IMG/VR virus record: IMGVR_UViG_3300035675_000026
Coordinates: 1-26,275 of that record
Source: a virus
Taxonomy: Duplodnaviria > Caudoviricetes
Reading direction: 5' to 3' (one strand)
Length of the DNA: 26,275 nt
Of the stretch, positions 9,928-18,267 are shown piece by piece. Under the pieces are notes generated by a model, which was given only the letters and a program-made list of their open reading frames with translations, had not been told where the DNA came from and ran no database searches. The position numbers were made by a program, and so were the translations under genes. Positions within the stretch are counted from its first letter, which is position 1; each line of letters starts with the position of its first letter.

Positions 9928-9943
9928 AATTTACTACCTCCTC

Positions 9944-10234
9944 TTAAAAATAAATGAATGTAGCACTAACCGTTCCTGCCAATACGGCATAAAGCCCTGT
10001 CCCGAAAGATACATCTCCCATATGGTAATAAGTCGCCCCTGCCACCGGAAACTCCCTTACTATCACAGGGTTTCCGTTTATCGTGTTATCAAGCAGTTCT
10101 ATTGAAGGGTCTAACTTTGCGGCATTGACAAAAATCCCTCTTAATCTTCCATATCCCTCTTTCACGCATTGGCTTGATGTAACCTGTTTTGATATTGGAC
10201 TTGTAAGACCGTAGTCTTTTGCTGATACTCCCAT
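9944..10234 (-). CDS. Small beta-sandwich virion protein, paralog B2 (96 aa)
   Basis: Shares MG.SAKDYGLTSPI, GYGRLRGIFV and ATYY.MGDVSF.TG with 9637..9927. Confidence 0.8.
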   Translation of the reverse strand: MGVSAKDYGLTSPISKQVTSSQCVKEGYGRLRGIFVNAAKLDPSIELLDNTINGNPVIVREFPVAGATYYHMGDVSFGTGLYAVLAGTVSATFIYF

Positions 10235-10246
10235 ATGTTTAACTTA

Positions 10247-10297
10247 GTAGAAGGGAGATAATGGCGGAGGCTTTTTTTTACCACCTCTCCCCTCTAC
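10247..10297 (-). promoter_or_regulatory. Intergenic RNA stem-loop
   Basis: GTAGAGGGGAGA pairs with TCTCCCTTCTAC and GGTGGT with GCCATT. The G-U wobbles fit the minus (sense) strand. Confidence 0.65.
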
Positions 10298-10312
10298 GAA
10301 ACTCTCAATGCA

Positions 10313-10732
10313 TTAAGCCTTCTTTCTTCTTCCGCCTCTCTTTTTAGGTTCTGGGGTAGGTTCTGCAGAAACTTCCTCAACAACCTCTTTTGGAGTTTCC
10401 TCCACTTTGACTTCTTCTACCGGCTTTTCCTCAAAGACGATTTCTTCCTTTACTTCTGTTTCAGCTATGATTTCCTGTGCTGGGACTGCCACTTTTCCGA
10501 GTATCTTCTCGGTAATGTCTTTCCTTTCCTTTGTTTCCATAGAAAAGTCCTTACCCTCGTCAAGAAGAATCCTGTCCCCCAAATGTTTGGCAAAGAACTC
10601 TGCCATAAATCTGGGAAACGCTTTTGTCTGACCAGGGGCGAATGTATATGGCTTCCCTCCAAATGTGTGCGTCCACTCCTTATCCGTTATGTTTGTGAAG
10701 TTGATTACTTCTAATCTTTCTCTTTTTTCCAT
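10313..10732 (-). CDS. Hypothetical head-module protein with acidic linker and basic tail (139 aa)
   Basis: Globular N-terminus, E/V/P-rich linker and KKRGGRRKKA end. AAAGGTCG leader. Confidence 0.8.
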   Translation of the reverse strand: MEKRERLEVINFTNITDKEWTHTFGGKPYTFAPGQTKAFPRFMAEFFAKHLGDRILLDEGKDFSMETKERKDITEKILGKVAVPAQEIIAETEVKEEIVFEEKPVEEVKVEETPKEVVEEVSAEPTPEPKKRGGRRKKA

Positions 10733-10755
10733 TGTATTGTTTGTTTATTTCTCCG

Positions 10756-10816
10756 ACCTTTATCTTACGGGCTCATCTCTACCGCCTCCGTAGCAGAGTG
10801 AACCCACAAGGAAGGT
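10756..10816 (-). promoter_or_regulatory. Long intergenic RNA hairpin whose base pairs with the AAGGT leader box
   Basis: Stems ACCTT/AAGGT, CTTGTGGGTTCA/TGAGCCCGTAAG and CTCTGCT/GGTAGAG on the minus strand. Confidence 0.7.
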
Positions 10817-11280
10817 TATATTGTCTGTCCGTAAAGATACGGATTTCTTATCTGTGCCTTGAATGTTCCTCCGGATATCCCTGCTGTCTGGGGATATGCC
10901 CCATAGATAGCTGATATTGCCGCTACTGTCGTTCCAACCAATGCGGTAGTCCCTGATGCGTATAGAGGACTTCCTGCGGAAACTGCTTCCCCAGCAGAAG
11001 CCCAACCTACACCGTCAATCAAGAACCAGCCGAATGTGTTTGAAATGATTGCTCCTTGAGCTATGGCAACCGGTCCGCCATCTGTGGCGGTCAATCTCGT
11101 AACAGAACCATAGGATAACCCATTGGTTGTCGTTACAAAGATAACCCAGTCATATTTCGCTACCGAAGTCGTTCCTGGTAGGTAGATATAGACATTGCCA
11201 TCTTTCGTCTTTGCCCTTGAACCTATCGTGAACTGCTGTGTTGTATCAACCGTATCTACTGGCGTAATAAGTTTTAGCAT
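10816..11280 (-). CDS. Putative capsid decoration (cement) protein, paralog A1 (154 aa)
   Basis: Downstream of the MCP. YIYLPG...VAIAQ...GWF.I.G motif. About 53% identical (hand count, ungapped) to 11300..11764. Confidence 0.7.
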   Translation of the reverse strand: MLKLITPVDTVDTTQQFTIGSRAKTKDGNVYIYLPGTTSVAKYDWVIFVTTTNGLSYGSVTRLTATDGGPVAIAQGAIISNTFGWFLIDGVGWASAGEAVSAGSPLYASGTTALVGTTVAAISAIYGAYPQTAGISGGTFKAQIRNPYLYGQTI

Positions 11281-11299
11281 AAGTTTCTTACGACAATGA

Positions 11300-11764
11300 C
11301 TATATCACTTGACCAAAGACCATTGGATAATTCAGCAGAACCATTCCAGTTCCTCCAGATGCTCCTGTTTGAAGTCCTATTGCGTTGTAAATCGCACAGC
11401 TGGCAACATAGGTGGTTGAAACGGTGGCTGTAGTTCCACAAGAATAGATAGGGCTTCCAGCGGAGAAAGTGTCCCCGACATTGCCCCAACCAATTCCGTA
11501 GATCTGAAACCATCCGTATTTCGGTCCGACAACAGCCGCTTGTGCTATCGCCACATTGCCGGCATACGCCTTAAGAAGCCTCGTTACCGAGCCATAAGAC
11601 AAGCCAGCACCCGCAGTCTTGTAAATGACCCAGTCGTATTTAGCAACAGAAGTCTGTCCAGGAAGGTAGATATATTCGCTTCCGTTCTTATCTACTGTCC
11701 TTGAGCCAACCGTGTATAATGCTGAAGAATCTACTTGGTCTAATGGTGAATGTAATTTAACCAT
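11300..11764 (-). CDS. Putative capsid decoration (cement) protein, paralog A2 (154 aa)
   Basis: Same length as 10816..11280 and aligns with it without gaps. Confidence 0.7.
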   Translation of the reverse strand: MVKLHSPLDQVDSSALYTVGSRTVDKNGSEYIYLPGQTSVAKYDWVIYKTAGAGLSYGSVTRLLKAYAGNVAIAQAAVVGPKYGWFQIYGIGWGNVGDTFSAGSPIYSCGTTATVSTTYVASCAIYNAIGLQTGASGGTGMVLLNYPMVFGQVI

Positions 11765-11857
11765 ATTTGTCTTAAATAAGTTTTTGACATACTTTGAACC
11801 TTAGAATTGTTTTAGTTCGCCAGATTCAAGCTACGAACCAACCTTTCGGTCTGACTA

Positions 11858-12427
11858 CTACTTCAATATGCCCCAGAAAGAACCCACTAAAACTGGTGTT
11901 CCAGTCAAAGAGCCACTTGATTTGAACCCTACTGCATTTCCTGCTGTTCCAGCTAAATCTGTCTGATGAGCCAGAACATAGGGAGTTCCGCTTAATGTCA
12001 GGGTTGTTCCTGCGTGTAATCCGGTGTAAGCAATAGACCAAATGGTTACTCCAGCTGCATCCATAATTAACAACGCAGAACCACCATCGCAGGCATTATC
12101 TCCTGTATTAGAGATAGAAATACCTGTGATATATGGAGTTAATCCATAGGTGTTTGCGGCTGAAATACCATCAACCCAAGCAGTTCCAGTGTTCAAGGCT
12201 AAAGTTCCAAGCGAAGTTCCTGCCACTATAAATGGCAATCCCTGTGCCAAAGAACCTGTCCTTGAAAGGGTTACTGAACCTGTGCTGTCCATCGTCACAT
12301 CTCCAGACAATTCTATTTCTGCGGCTTCGTCACTGGTATTCCCGACAAGAAGATGACCTTCGTCAAGCGATGTCCCTGTCAGTTTCGCACCGTATTTGAT
12401 TGCTGGATTAAAATCTCTTAATTCCAT
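11858..12427 (-). CDS. Putative capsid-associated fibre/decoration protein (189 aa)
   Basis: First gene after the MCP. Gly/Thr/Ser-rich, with a fibre-like GHLLVGN...LSGDVT motif. Confidence 0.6.
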   Translation of the reverse strand: MELRDFNPAIKYGAKLTGTSLDEGHLLVGNTSDEAAEIELSGDVTMDSTGSVTLSRTGSLAQGLPFIVAGTSLGTLALNTGTAWVDGISAANTYGLTPYITGISISNTGDNACDGGSALLIMDAAGVTIWSIAYTGLHAGTTLTLSGTPYVLAHQTDLAGTAGNAVGFKSSGSLTGTPVLVGSFWGILK

Positions 12428-12437
12428 AAGTTTATTC

Positions 12438-12492
12438 CTTATGGGAAGCTCCTGAATCGGCTTTTCAGCGTCCTCGTCAACCTTCCCATAAG
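12438..12492 (-). promoter_or_regulatory. Stem-loop after the major capsid gene (attenuation/processing/stability element)
   Basis: Perfect 11-bp inverted repeat CTTATGGGAAG / CTTCCCATAAG with an inner CTGAA/TTCAG hairpin. No U-tract. Confidence 0.65.
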
Positions 12493-12512
12493 AAGATTAA
12501 AGATAACTAATA

Positions 12513-13589
12513 CTATGCTCCCGTTATTCCGTAGAGAATAGCCTGATTCCTCGGCTGGTTACAAATCAAGTTACCAACGAGGATGATGTGTCCGACCTTT
12601 CCATACTGGTCAACGGGTTTGTTGAATCCGCTGAAGCTGAATCCGGTTGTTGCCGGAATGCTGTATGGAGATTCAAGACCACCACCTGTGAACTTGACTG
12701 TCTTGTAATCTGGGTCTGTAGATTTAACGCCATAGAACGCCCAGTTCCTGGTGTTAAGCATATACATATACCCAGTTGTGCAATGTTCGTCAGCCACTAA
12801 AGGAACTCCATTCCAGTATAACGCCCTGAAACCGAGGTTGCCCCCGACTCCACCTCCCTGTGCTATCAAGTTCGGTAAGCCACCTGCGGTAGCTCCCACA
12901 AATGAAGTGTAGGGACTCTGTTGGACATTGTGCTGGACGGTTGGAGTAGCTAACTTCTCGTAATAACCCCAGACTGCTTTCGTGCATAGGATCAAGTTGG
13001 GAGAGTCAGAACCGTGGACACAATTGTTGTAGGAAGTTCTCATTCCTGCCAATGTGATGTTTCCACCGATGTTCGTGACTGAACCTGCTAATCCGTATGT
13101 CCCCCTGTCTAATCCGAGATAGGTGTCAGCTCCCAATGTGTCGTCATCGCAACCCTCCAAAAGTGAAAGGAAAGCGTTGCCGGCTTGGACTGCGAAGAAA
13201 GAATCTGCGATGTCGTGAGCCATATCCTGTGCGTCAGAGGCTAATCTCCTTGCTAACAAGTCAATCACCCTTTCTGATGCGTTCAGGTCTAATTCTATCT
13301 GGCTTACAACGCAGTTGATTTCCCTACCAGTCGGGTTAGCTGTGCCATATACGAAGTTGGAGCTTGAAGTCGTTGAGAACCTCTCAAGACCCGTGAACCA
13401 CATACCTTCGCTGTTCTGCGTGTATTTTATCGGAAACCTCATCTGACTTCCCCTCCACGGTTTCTGGTTTCCCAGAAAGAATAGTGTTGCTGGAGAATAT
13501 GTCAGCACCGTGTCCACCGTTGCGGCAACAAGATGCTCCATCGTAGAAGTAGATACATTCCAATTATTACTGCCTGTATAATCTGCCAT
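12513..13589 (-). CDS. Major capsid protein (HK97 fold expected)
   Basis: 358 aa, follows portal and scaffold, locally high GC. Ends LYWNGVPLVADEHC...YMLNT...GNLICNQPRNQAILYGIT, typical of phage MCP C-termini. Confidence 0.85.
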   Translation of the reverse strand: MADYTGSNNWNVSTSTMEHLVAATVDTVLTYSPATLFFLGNQKPWRGSQMRFPIKYTQNSEGMWFTGLERFSTTSSSNFVYGTANPTGREINCVVSQIELDLNASERVIDLLARRLASDAQDMAHDIADSFFAVQAGNAFLSLLEGCDDDTLGADTYLGLDRGTYGLAGSVTNIGGNITLAGMRTSYNNCVHGSDSPNLILCTKAVWGYYEKLATPTVQHNVQQSPYTSFVGATAGGLPNLIAQGGGVGGNLGFRALYWNGVPLVADEHCTTGYMYMLNTRNWAFYGVKSTDPDYKTVKFTGGGLESPYSIPATTGFSFSGFNKPVDQYGKVGHIILVGNLICNQPRNQAILYGITGA

Positions 13590-13661
13590 ATTCGTAATGT
13601 TTAATTGTTTAAGACCTTTCCGCCTCCAGTATATTAACTATCCTTTTGATGAGTGTAAGGT

Positions 13662-14282
13662 CTAAAACCAGTGTTCCCTCTTGAACTTCTCAAGAGAGCC
13701 GAGGTTTATCCCTTCTTGTTCATCTCCAGACGCTTTTGAAGATGTGCCTACTTTAGAACCTTCTTCTTGCCTAACCCTAACTTTGGCTTTGTCTATCTCT
13801 TTTCTCCCTTCTTCTCTGGCTTGTTTTATCTCAAACCATCTATCTGCCGCTTTGTTAAGGTCTGGTTCTTTCTTCGCAATAGCGTATCTAATCAAGGCAT
13901 CTTCATCATCTTTCGTCTTGATGACACCATCCGCCCTTAATTGATTCAATGTTGATTCAATATAAGTGTCGGCTTGGTGTTTTACTGCCTCTGCACGCAC
14001 TTGCTGTTCGTTGAGAATCTCCCGCAGTTTTCCAACTGTGAGATATTCGTCTTCGCTTGAAGAAGCACCAGTCTGCTTGTTAGTAGCATCAGCGACTGCT
14101 TGAAGGTTCTCCCTTATTTCAGACAATTCCTGTCTGGTCAGGGTATAACCTTTCTGCAACCCCTTTGCTAACTCGGCAACCTCGGAAAGAGTTGGTTCTT
14201 TCGTGGTTTCTTCGGATTGTTCTCCCTCAACTTGGTCATCGCTGACTGTTTCGGGGTCTTTATCCTCTATGTTTTCTTCCAT
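13662..14282 (-). CDS. Putative capsid scaffolding protein
   Basis: 206 aa, acidic disordered N-terminus plus coiled-coil, directly upstream of the MCP. Confidence 0.7.
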   Translation of the reverse strand: MEENIEDKDPETVSDDQVEGEQSEETTKEPTLSEVAELAKGLQKGYTLTRQELSEIRENLQAVADATNKQTGASSSEDEYLTVGKLREILNEQQVRAEAVKHQADTYIESTLNQLRADGVIKTKDDEDALIRYAIAKKEPDLNKAADRWFEIKQAREEGRKEIDKAKVRVRQEEGSKVGTSSKASGDEQEGINLGSLEKFKREHWF

Positions 14283-14362
14283 AATTGTTTGGTTAATATA
14301 CTAATAATACGACCTTGTAGCCCCCTATTTTAATTAACAACCTTTCTTCTTTTTTGAAATTA

Positions 14363-14515
14363 TCATACCTTTTTAGCTCTTTTCTTTAACGCTGACATAA
14401 CAGCGACCTTTTCTGGTAATGCCTTAATGTTTGGCGTATGTTTAGCCCATCTCTCTGCTGTCTTTGGCATCTTTGCGAACATATACCTCCTTTGTGATTG
14501 GGATTGGAATGGCAT
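14363..14515 (-). CDS. Small basic phage protein (50 aa, MPFQSQSQRRYMFAK...RWAKHTP...LPEKV)
   Basis: Below the ORF-track cutoff; read by hand. Resembles the MPFKSxxQRR small-protein type often found in phage head modules. Confidence 0.7.
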   Translation of the reverse strand: MPFQSQSQRRYMFAKMPKTAERWAKHTPNIKALPEKVAVMSALKKRAKKV

Positions 14516-14519
14516 ATTA

Positions 14520-16259
14520 TTATTGCTTTACTGCCTCCACTATTTTACGACCTTGTTGTAGCATTTCCTTTTGCTGTTCAGGTGGTAATTGCTGGAACTC
14601 TGGACTTTGCAATATGCCTTGCAACCTTTCCATCTGTGCCTGTGTTTCATCTCCTTGTGGTTGTTCTCCTGCCGGCATCGCTTGTCCTGGTTGTCCTGGC
14701 ATCATCGGTTGTTGCGGGACTATTCTGCCAGTCATCTGATACCATTCTATAAGCTCTTGGAATATCTTGTCTGGGTCTGGGTAGCCCATTTCCTCATAAA
14801 GCATACGAGGTGGAATCATACCTGAAGCTGATAATTGTTGTGCTTCTTCATACTTTGTCCTTCTGTCTATGGGCAAGGTAGAACCTTTCTTTACCATAAT
14901 CATTATGTTTTGTGGTATATCTTCTCGTTTTAATTCTATTGTTTCCTTACCATTTGAAAGTGTTTCTGCCCCGATTGAATATACCTTAATCATATGTAGA
15001 TAGGCGTTATACCATTCCTCTATCACTTGTTCCACATTCCTGACTATCAAATCTAACCTTCCCATATCAGAACTCATCAATAGTTGCCTGCCTCCCAATG
15101 TTTCCTGTTCTGCCCGTTCTCCTCTCGTTGTGGAATGAATGCCGATTATGTTATCAATCTCTGCTACCGAACTTGCCAAGTCATTGAATAGCGAAGCATC
15201 AGGCTTGCCGGACTGGACTTGTTGGACTGCATTAGGTTGTCTGGTCCTAACTGCCAAATCCCCTGTCTTGTTTATCAAAGACTGGACTACTTCTTCTTCC
15301 ACATTAGTAGTTACCCATACACGCTTCTGCCCTTCGTTTAAGTCCAATATCTGCCTTTTCTCTTGGGTTGCCCCTTCTTGTAATGGTATTGATTGTTCTA
15401 TTAAGGACGTATTATCATATAAACTTGTGTCGTCTCCTAAACTAAAAACACTTAAGAATAAGTATGGAAATTGTGGTTCCTCGAATATATTGTTACTTAT
15501 TTCCTCGTAATCAAAGTTAGGATTCTTCTTCTTTTCTAAAATGTATTGTCCTAACTTCCAAGCAACCCACTCTCCATTACCACCCCAGAACTCAATGTAT
15601 CTTATCTTACTCTTAGGTGTCTTTTCGCCTGCCACTTCTTGTATTTCCCTTTTCTTATTTGGAAACTTCTCTATTAAATTATCAACCCTGTCCTCTAAGT
15701 ATTCAAATATGTATTCGCAATCTTCTTTGCAGGTAGCTCTCCTGTCTATCCCTATCTTCCTTGTCAGGACGTTTTCAGTGGTATATCCATTCTCTATATC
15801 CCACCTGTATTTCATCACACCGAGCCTAAACAAAAACCAGTGCCTTAAAAGCATCTGGAGTTTTGATTGCAGTTTGTATGTTACTTCGTATGCGATCTGA
15901 AGCCCTTTTTGGATTCTCTCTTGTATCTCATTATTAGAAACGCCGACAACCGTGGGTTCAGGAACTTCAGAAGTAAGTATAGGTATAGCCGTTTCAACAT
16001 CGGTAAATATCCTATTTATTATTACTCTTGATTTTCTTTTGTGAATCCTTGATATGTCCTCATCTGTCCCGTAGCTCCAGAACATCTTATTCCTTTTCCC
16101 TATCTCATCTATCTTCTTCTTCAGGGGCATTGAGTCCTCTATTGCCTTATCAATAGCAGTAACAAGCTCGTCGTCAGGCTTGTCATACTCAAGATTCTGC
16201 CTAATAGAAACAGTTGTTTCTTTGTTTAATTCCTCCGTTGTTTGTATATCAAATGGCAT
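14520..16259 (-). CDS. Portal protein (P22/podovirus-like)
   Basis: 579 aa, directly after TerL. IGIHSTTRGE...ETLGGRQLL motif and Gln/Pro-rich C-terminal tail. SD AAGGAGG upstream. Confidence 0.85.
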   Translation of the reverse strand: MPFDIQTTEELNKETTVSIRQNLEYDKPDDELVTAIDKAIEDSMPLKKKIDEIGKRNKMFWSYGTDEDISRIHKRKSRVIINRIFTDVETAIPILTSEVPEPTVVGVSNNEIQERIQKGLQIAYEVTYKLQSKLQMLLRHWFLFRLGVMKYRWDIENGYTTENVLTRKIGIDRRATCKEDCEYIFEYLEDRVDNLIEKFPNKKREIQEVAGEKTPKSKIRYIEFWGGNGEWVAWKLGQYILEKKKNPNFDYEEISNNIFEEPQFPYLFLSVFSLGDDTSLYDNTSLIEQSIPLQEGATQEKRQILDLNEGQKRVWVTTNVEEEVVQSLINKTGDLAVRTRQPNAVQQVQSGKPDASLFNDLASSVAEIDNIIGIHSTTRGERAEQETLGGRQLLMSSDMGRLDLIVRNVEQVIEEWYNAYLHMIKVYSIGAETLSNGKETIELKREDIPQNIMIMVKKGSTLPIDRRTKYEEAQQLSASGMIPPRMLYEEMGYPDPDKIFQELIEWYQMTGRIVPQQPMMPGQPGQAMPAGEQPQGDETQAQMERLQGILQSPEFQQLPPEQQKEMLQQGRKIVEAVKQ

Positions 16260-16263
16260 TAAA

Positions 16264-17859
16264 TTATTCCTCCTTTATTATTTTACGTATTTCAGGAGCT
16301 AATCCTGAATATGTTTTCTCTTGTTTTTGCCAATCCAATACCTCCGTTCCTCCTTTAATTCTATCTAAACCTAATCTAAAGTAATTGGTTGCGTGAACAA
16401 AATGATCTTCACCTGTTGAATCCCAAACATCTACGTCATTACCAAGACTATCCTTCTCACTTGTTTTGTATAATGATTCCCAATGATTAATATAAATCTT
16501 TAAATCTTCTGGTAGCATCTGAAATCTTATTTTCCTATTAACCATCTCATCTATAACTTGTTGTATTAACTTACTTCTATCACAATAAACTGTGTGTGTC
16601 TTTTCATCCCAGTTAATAAAATCTGCTTTCCTAATTTCCCTCTTATAATAGTTTAACCATACTATACCGGGATACTTTTCTCTTAGCTTCCTTGGTTCTG
16701 TTAAATCTGGCAACGCATCAAATACTGCCATCTCTACATCATAAATCTTAATTAGTTCTTCTATCTCTTCCCATTTATCTGCCACACCCATCTTGAATAT
16801 ACCTTGCTCATTCCCTATAACCCAATGCTTCTTTAATCCTGAATCTGCACCAAGTATATTCCTTTTCATAAAATTTGGTGCCTTGTTATCTATATTCTTT
16901 AAGATAATATCCTTATTAACGCATACTTCTGAACCAATATAGGGTAATCCTAAAACAAAATTGTAAAAGTATTGCTTTGTCTTTGTTTCGTATTCTTCTT
17001 GTATCTGACTAGCCTTAATCCACGGACACATCATATGATTAATCCAATAACCTGATATGTCCTTATTTTTAAACTTCTTTACCCATTGACCATTCCTTCT
17101 AGTATCGTCTAATATCTCCTTTCCACATTTACTACATAAAAACTTGTAATCTTTAACGTTTTTAAAATAATCTAGATATTGCCATTCATTACAATGTTCG
17201 CATTTGATAAACCAATGTTTCTGGTCGCTTCTTTCATATAACTTCTGGCTTAATGTTGCTGGTGTTGTTGGGTTACTAAAATACCATCTACCCGCATAAT
17301 TACTAGCGCTTAATCTAGATTCATACTGTTCCATTATTCTTTGGTCACTTCTATCACATTCATCGTGCACATTTAAATCTGAACTTATCATAATACCTAC
17401 CCCTGCTTCTGTAGATTCATCATCCTTTCTACTTATTGTATGACCCTTTGTTCCTCTATAATGAATAAACGCATCGCCTACCTTCTTCTGTAATACACTA
17501 TCCTTGTCCTTTGTCCAGTAACCTAATATCGGATTTTGTGATATCAAAGGATTTACTTTTGAAGGAACCATCTTACCTACATCACTAAACGTAGGAAATG
17601 TATAAATAATGTTCCAGCCTTTAAATCTTGCAGCCCAGAACGTCTTTAATATCTCCATTACAGTAAACCCTATCTGACTTGATTTCCTTACTACCTGTAT
17701 CTGTGTAAAGTCATTATAGATACTTCTTAAGAACTTATGGTTAATAAATTCTAGTTCATCTCCTTTCTCGTTCTTAAGCTTTGAATCTAGTATCCAGTAT
17801 AAACAATTTAAAGACCATTCCGTATTCTTGTATTTAATTATGCTTTCCTGCTCATTCAT
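16264..17859 (-). CDS. terL: Terminase large subunit, lambda gpA-like
   Basis: Walker A VVRKSSQIGFT, Walker B VHDECD, FSNPT coupling motif, CEHC...CSKC zinc finger, FYNFVLGLPY, nuclease GADSG and DHFVHA. Confidence 0.9.
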   Translation of the reverse strand: MNEQESIIKYKNTEWSLNCLYWILDSKLKNEKGDELEFINHKFLRSIYNDFTQIQVVRKSSQIGFTVMEILKTFWAARFKGWNIIYTFPTFSDVGKMVPSKVNPLISQNPILGYWTKDKDSVLQKKVGDAFIHYRGTKGHTISRKDDESTEAGVGIMISSDLNVHDECDRSDQRIMEQYESRLSASNYAGRWYFSNPTTPATLSQKLYERSDQKHWFIKCEHCNEWQYLDYFKNVKDYKFLCSKCGKEILDDTRRNGQWVKKFKNKDISGYWINHMMCPWIKASQIQEEYETKTKQYFYNFVLGLPYIGSEVCVNKDIILKNIDNKAPNFMKRNILGADSGLKKHWVIGNEQGIFKMGVADKWEEIEELIKIYDVEMAVFDALPDLTEPRKLREKYPGIVWLNYYKREIRKADFINWDEKTHTVYCDRSKLIQQVIDEMVNRKIRFQMLPEDLKIYINHWESLYKTSEKDSLGNDVDVWDSTGEDHFVHATNYFRLGLDRIKGGTEVLDWQKQEKTYSGLAPEIRKIIKEE

Positions 17860-17996
17860 TTGAAAAGGATGTTATCCATATGCCTCTTGAACTGGTCTGC
17901 GGTAATGCCCTTGAACCCTTTGTCTAACGCTTTGTCAATCGCCCTTATTACCACCCGTATCTTCCACGCTATTTTTTTTAATATCTTTTTTAGCAT
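17856..17996 (-). CDS. Small basic protein (46 aa, MLKKILKKIAWKIRVVIRAIDKALDKG...)
   Basis: Read by hand. Its TGA overlaps the terL ATG (ATGA coupling). Confidence 0.5.
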   Translation of the reverse strand: MLKKILKKIAWKIRVVIRAIDKALDKGFKGITADQFKRHMDNILFK

Positions 17997-18267
17997 AACA
18001 AGATTTGCATAACTTCCACTCTAATACGCCATTGACCTTTGAGCTGTATTCTGCCTTGTCACTACACATATCGCACTCGTCATAATACTTTATCGTTCTC
18101 CCAATCGGATAGTTCCTCTTGTTCTTGCTATCCCTTTCTGTGCCGTGAAATGGGTTCTTGGTGTCCGGATATAATCTGTCAAAGGTGTCGTTGCTATACC
18201 CGCTCTTGTAATCCAATGGCTGTTGCATCTCCCTTATCTCTTTGCTTGTCATTATTCTTTGATTCAT
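17935..18267 (-). CDS. Hypothetical protein with C-terminal CxxC...CxxC zinc ribbon
   Basis: CDMC...CKSC. Start uncertain (ATG 18267 or 18252 rather than 18300). Confidence 0.55.
   Translation of the reverse strand: MNQRIMTSKEIREMQQPLDYKSGYSNDTFDRLYPDTKNPFHGTERDSKNKRNYPIGRTIKYYDECDMCSDKAEYSSKVNGVLEWKLCKSCYAKKDIKKNSVEDTGGNKGD

Noticed and set aside
1-12427. Diversity-generating retroelement or invertible tail cassette explaining the duplications
   Set aside because: No reverse transcriptase or invertase, and no near-identical template/variable repeat. The paralogs are diverged throughout.
12449-12481. GTTGACGAGG...CTGAAA on the minus strand resembling glmS or hammerhead ribozyme cores
   Set aside because: It lacks the glmS AGCGCC 5' element. 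For a hammerhead, C3 is U and stems I and III do not pair properly.
10465-12987. Same-strand alternative-frame ORFs (10465..10662, 10760..11005, 11274..11513, 11826..12041, 12790..12987)
   Set aside because: They are nested in or largely overlap better-supported genes, and have no leader signal or protein-like motifs.
14292-14366. 24-aa mini-ORF MIISKKEERLLIKIGGYKVVLLVY before the scaffold
   Set aside because: An ATGA overlap is present, but the ORF is too short and overlaps leader boxes, so it cannot be supported as a gene.
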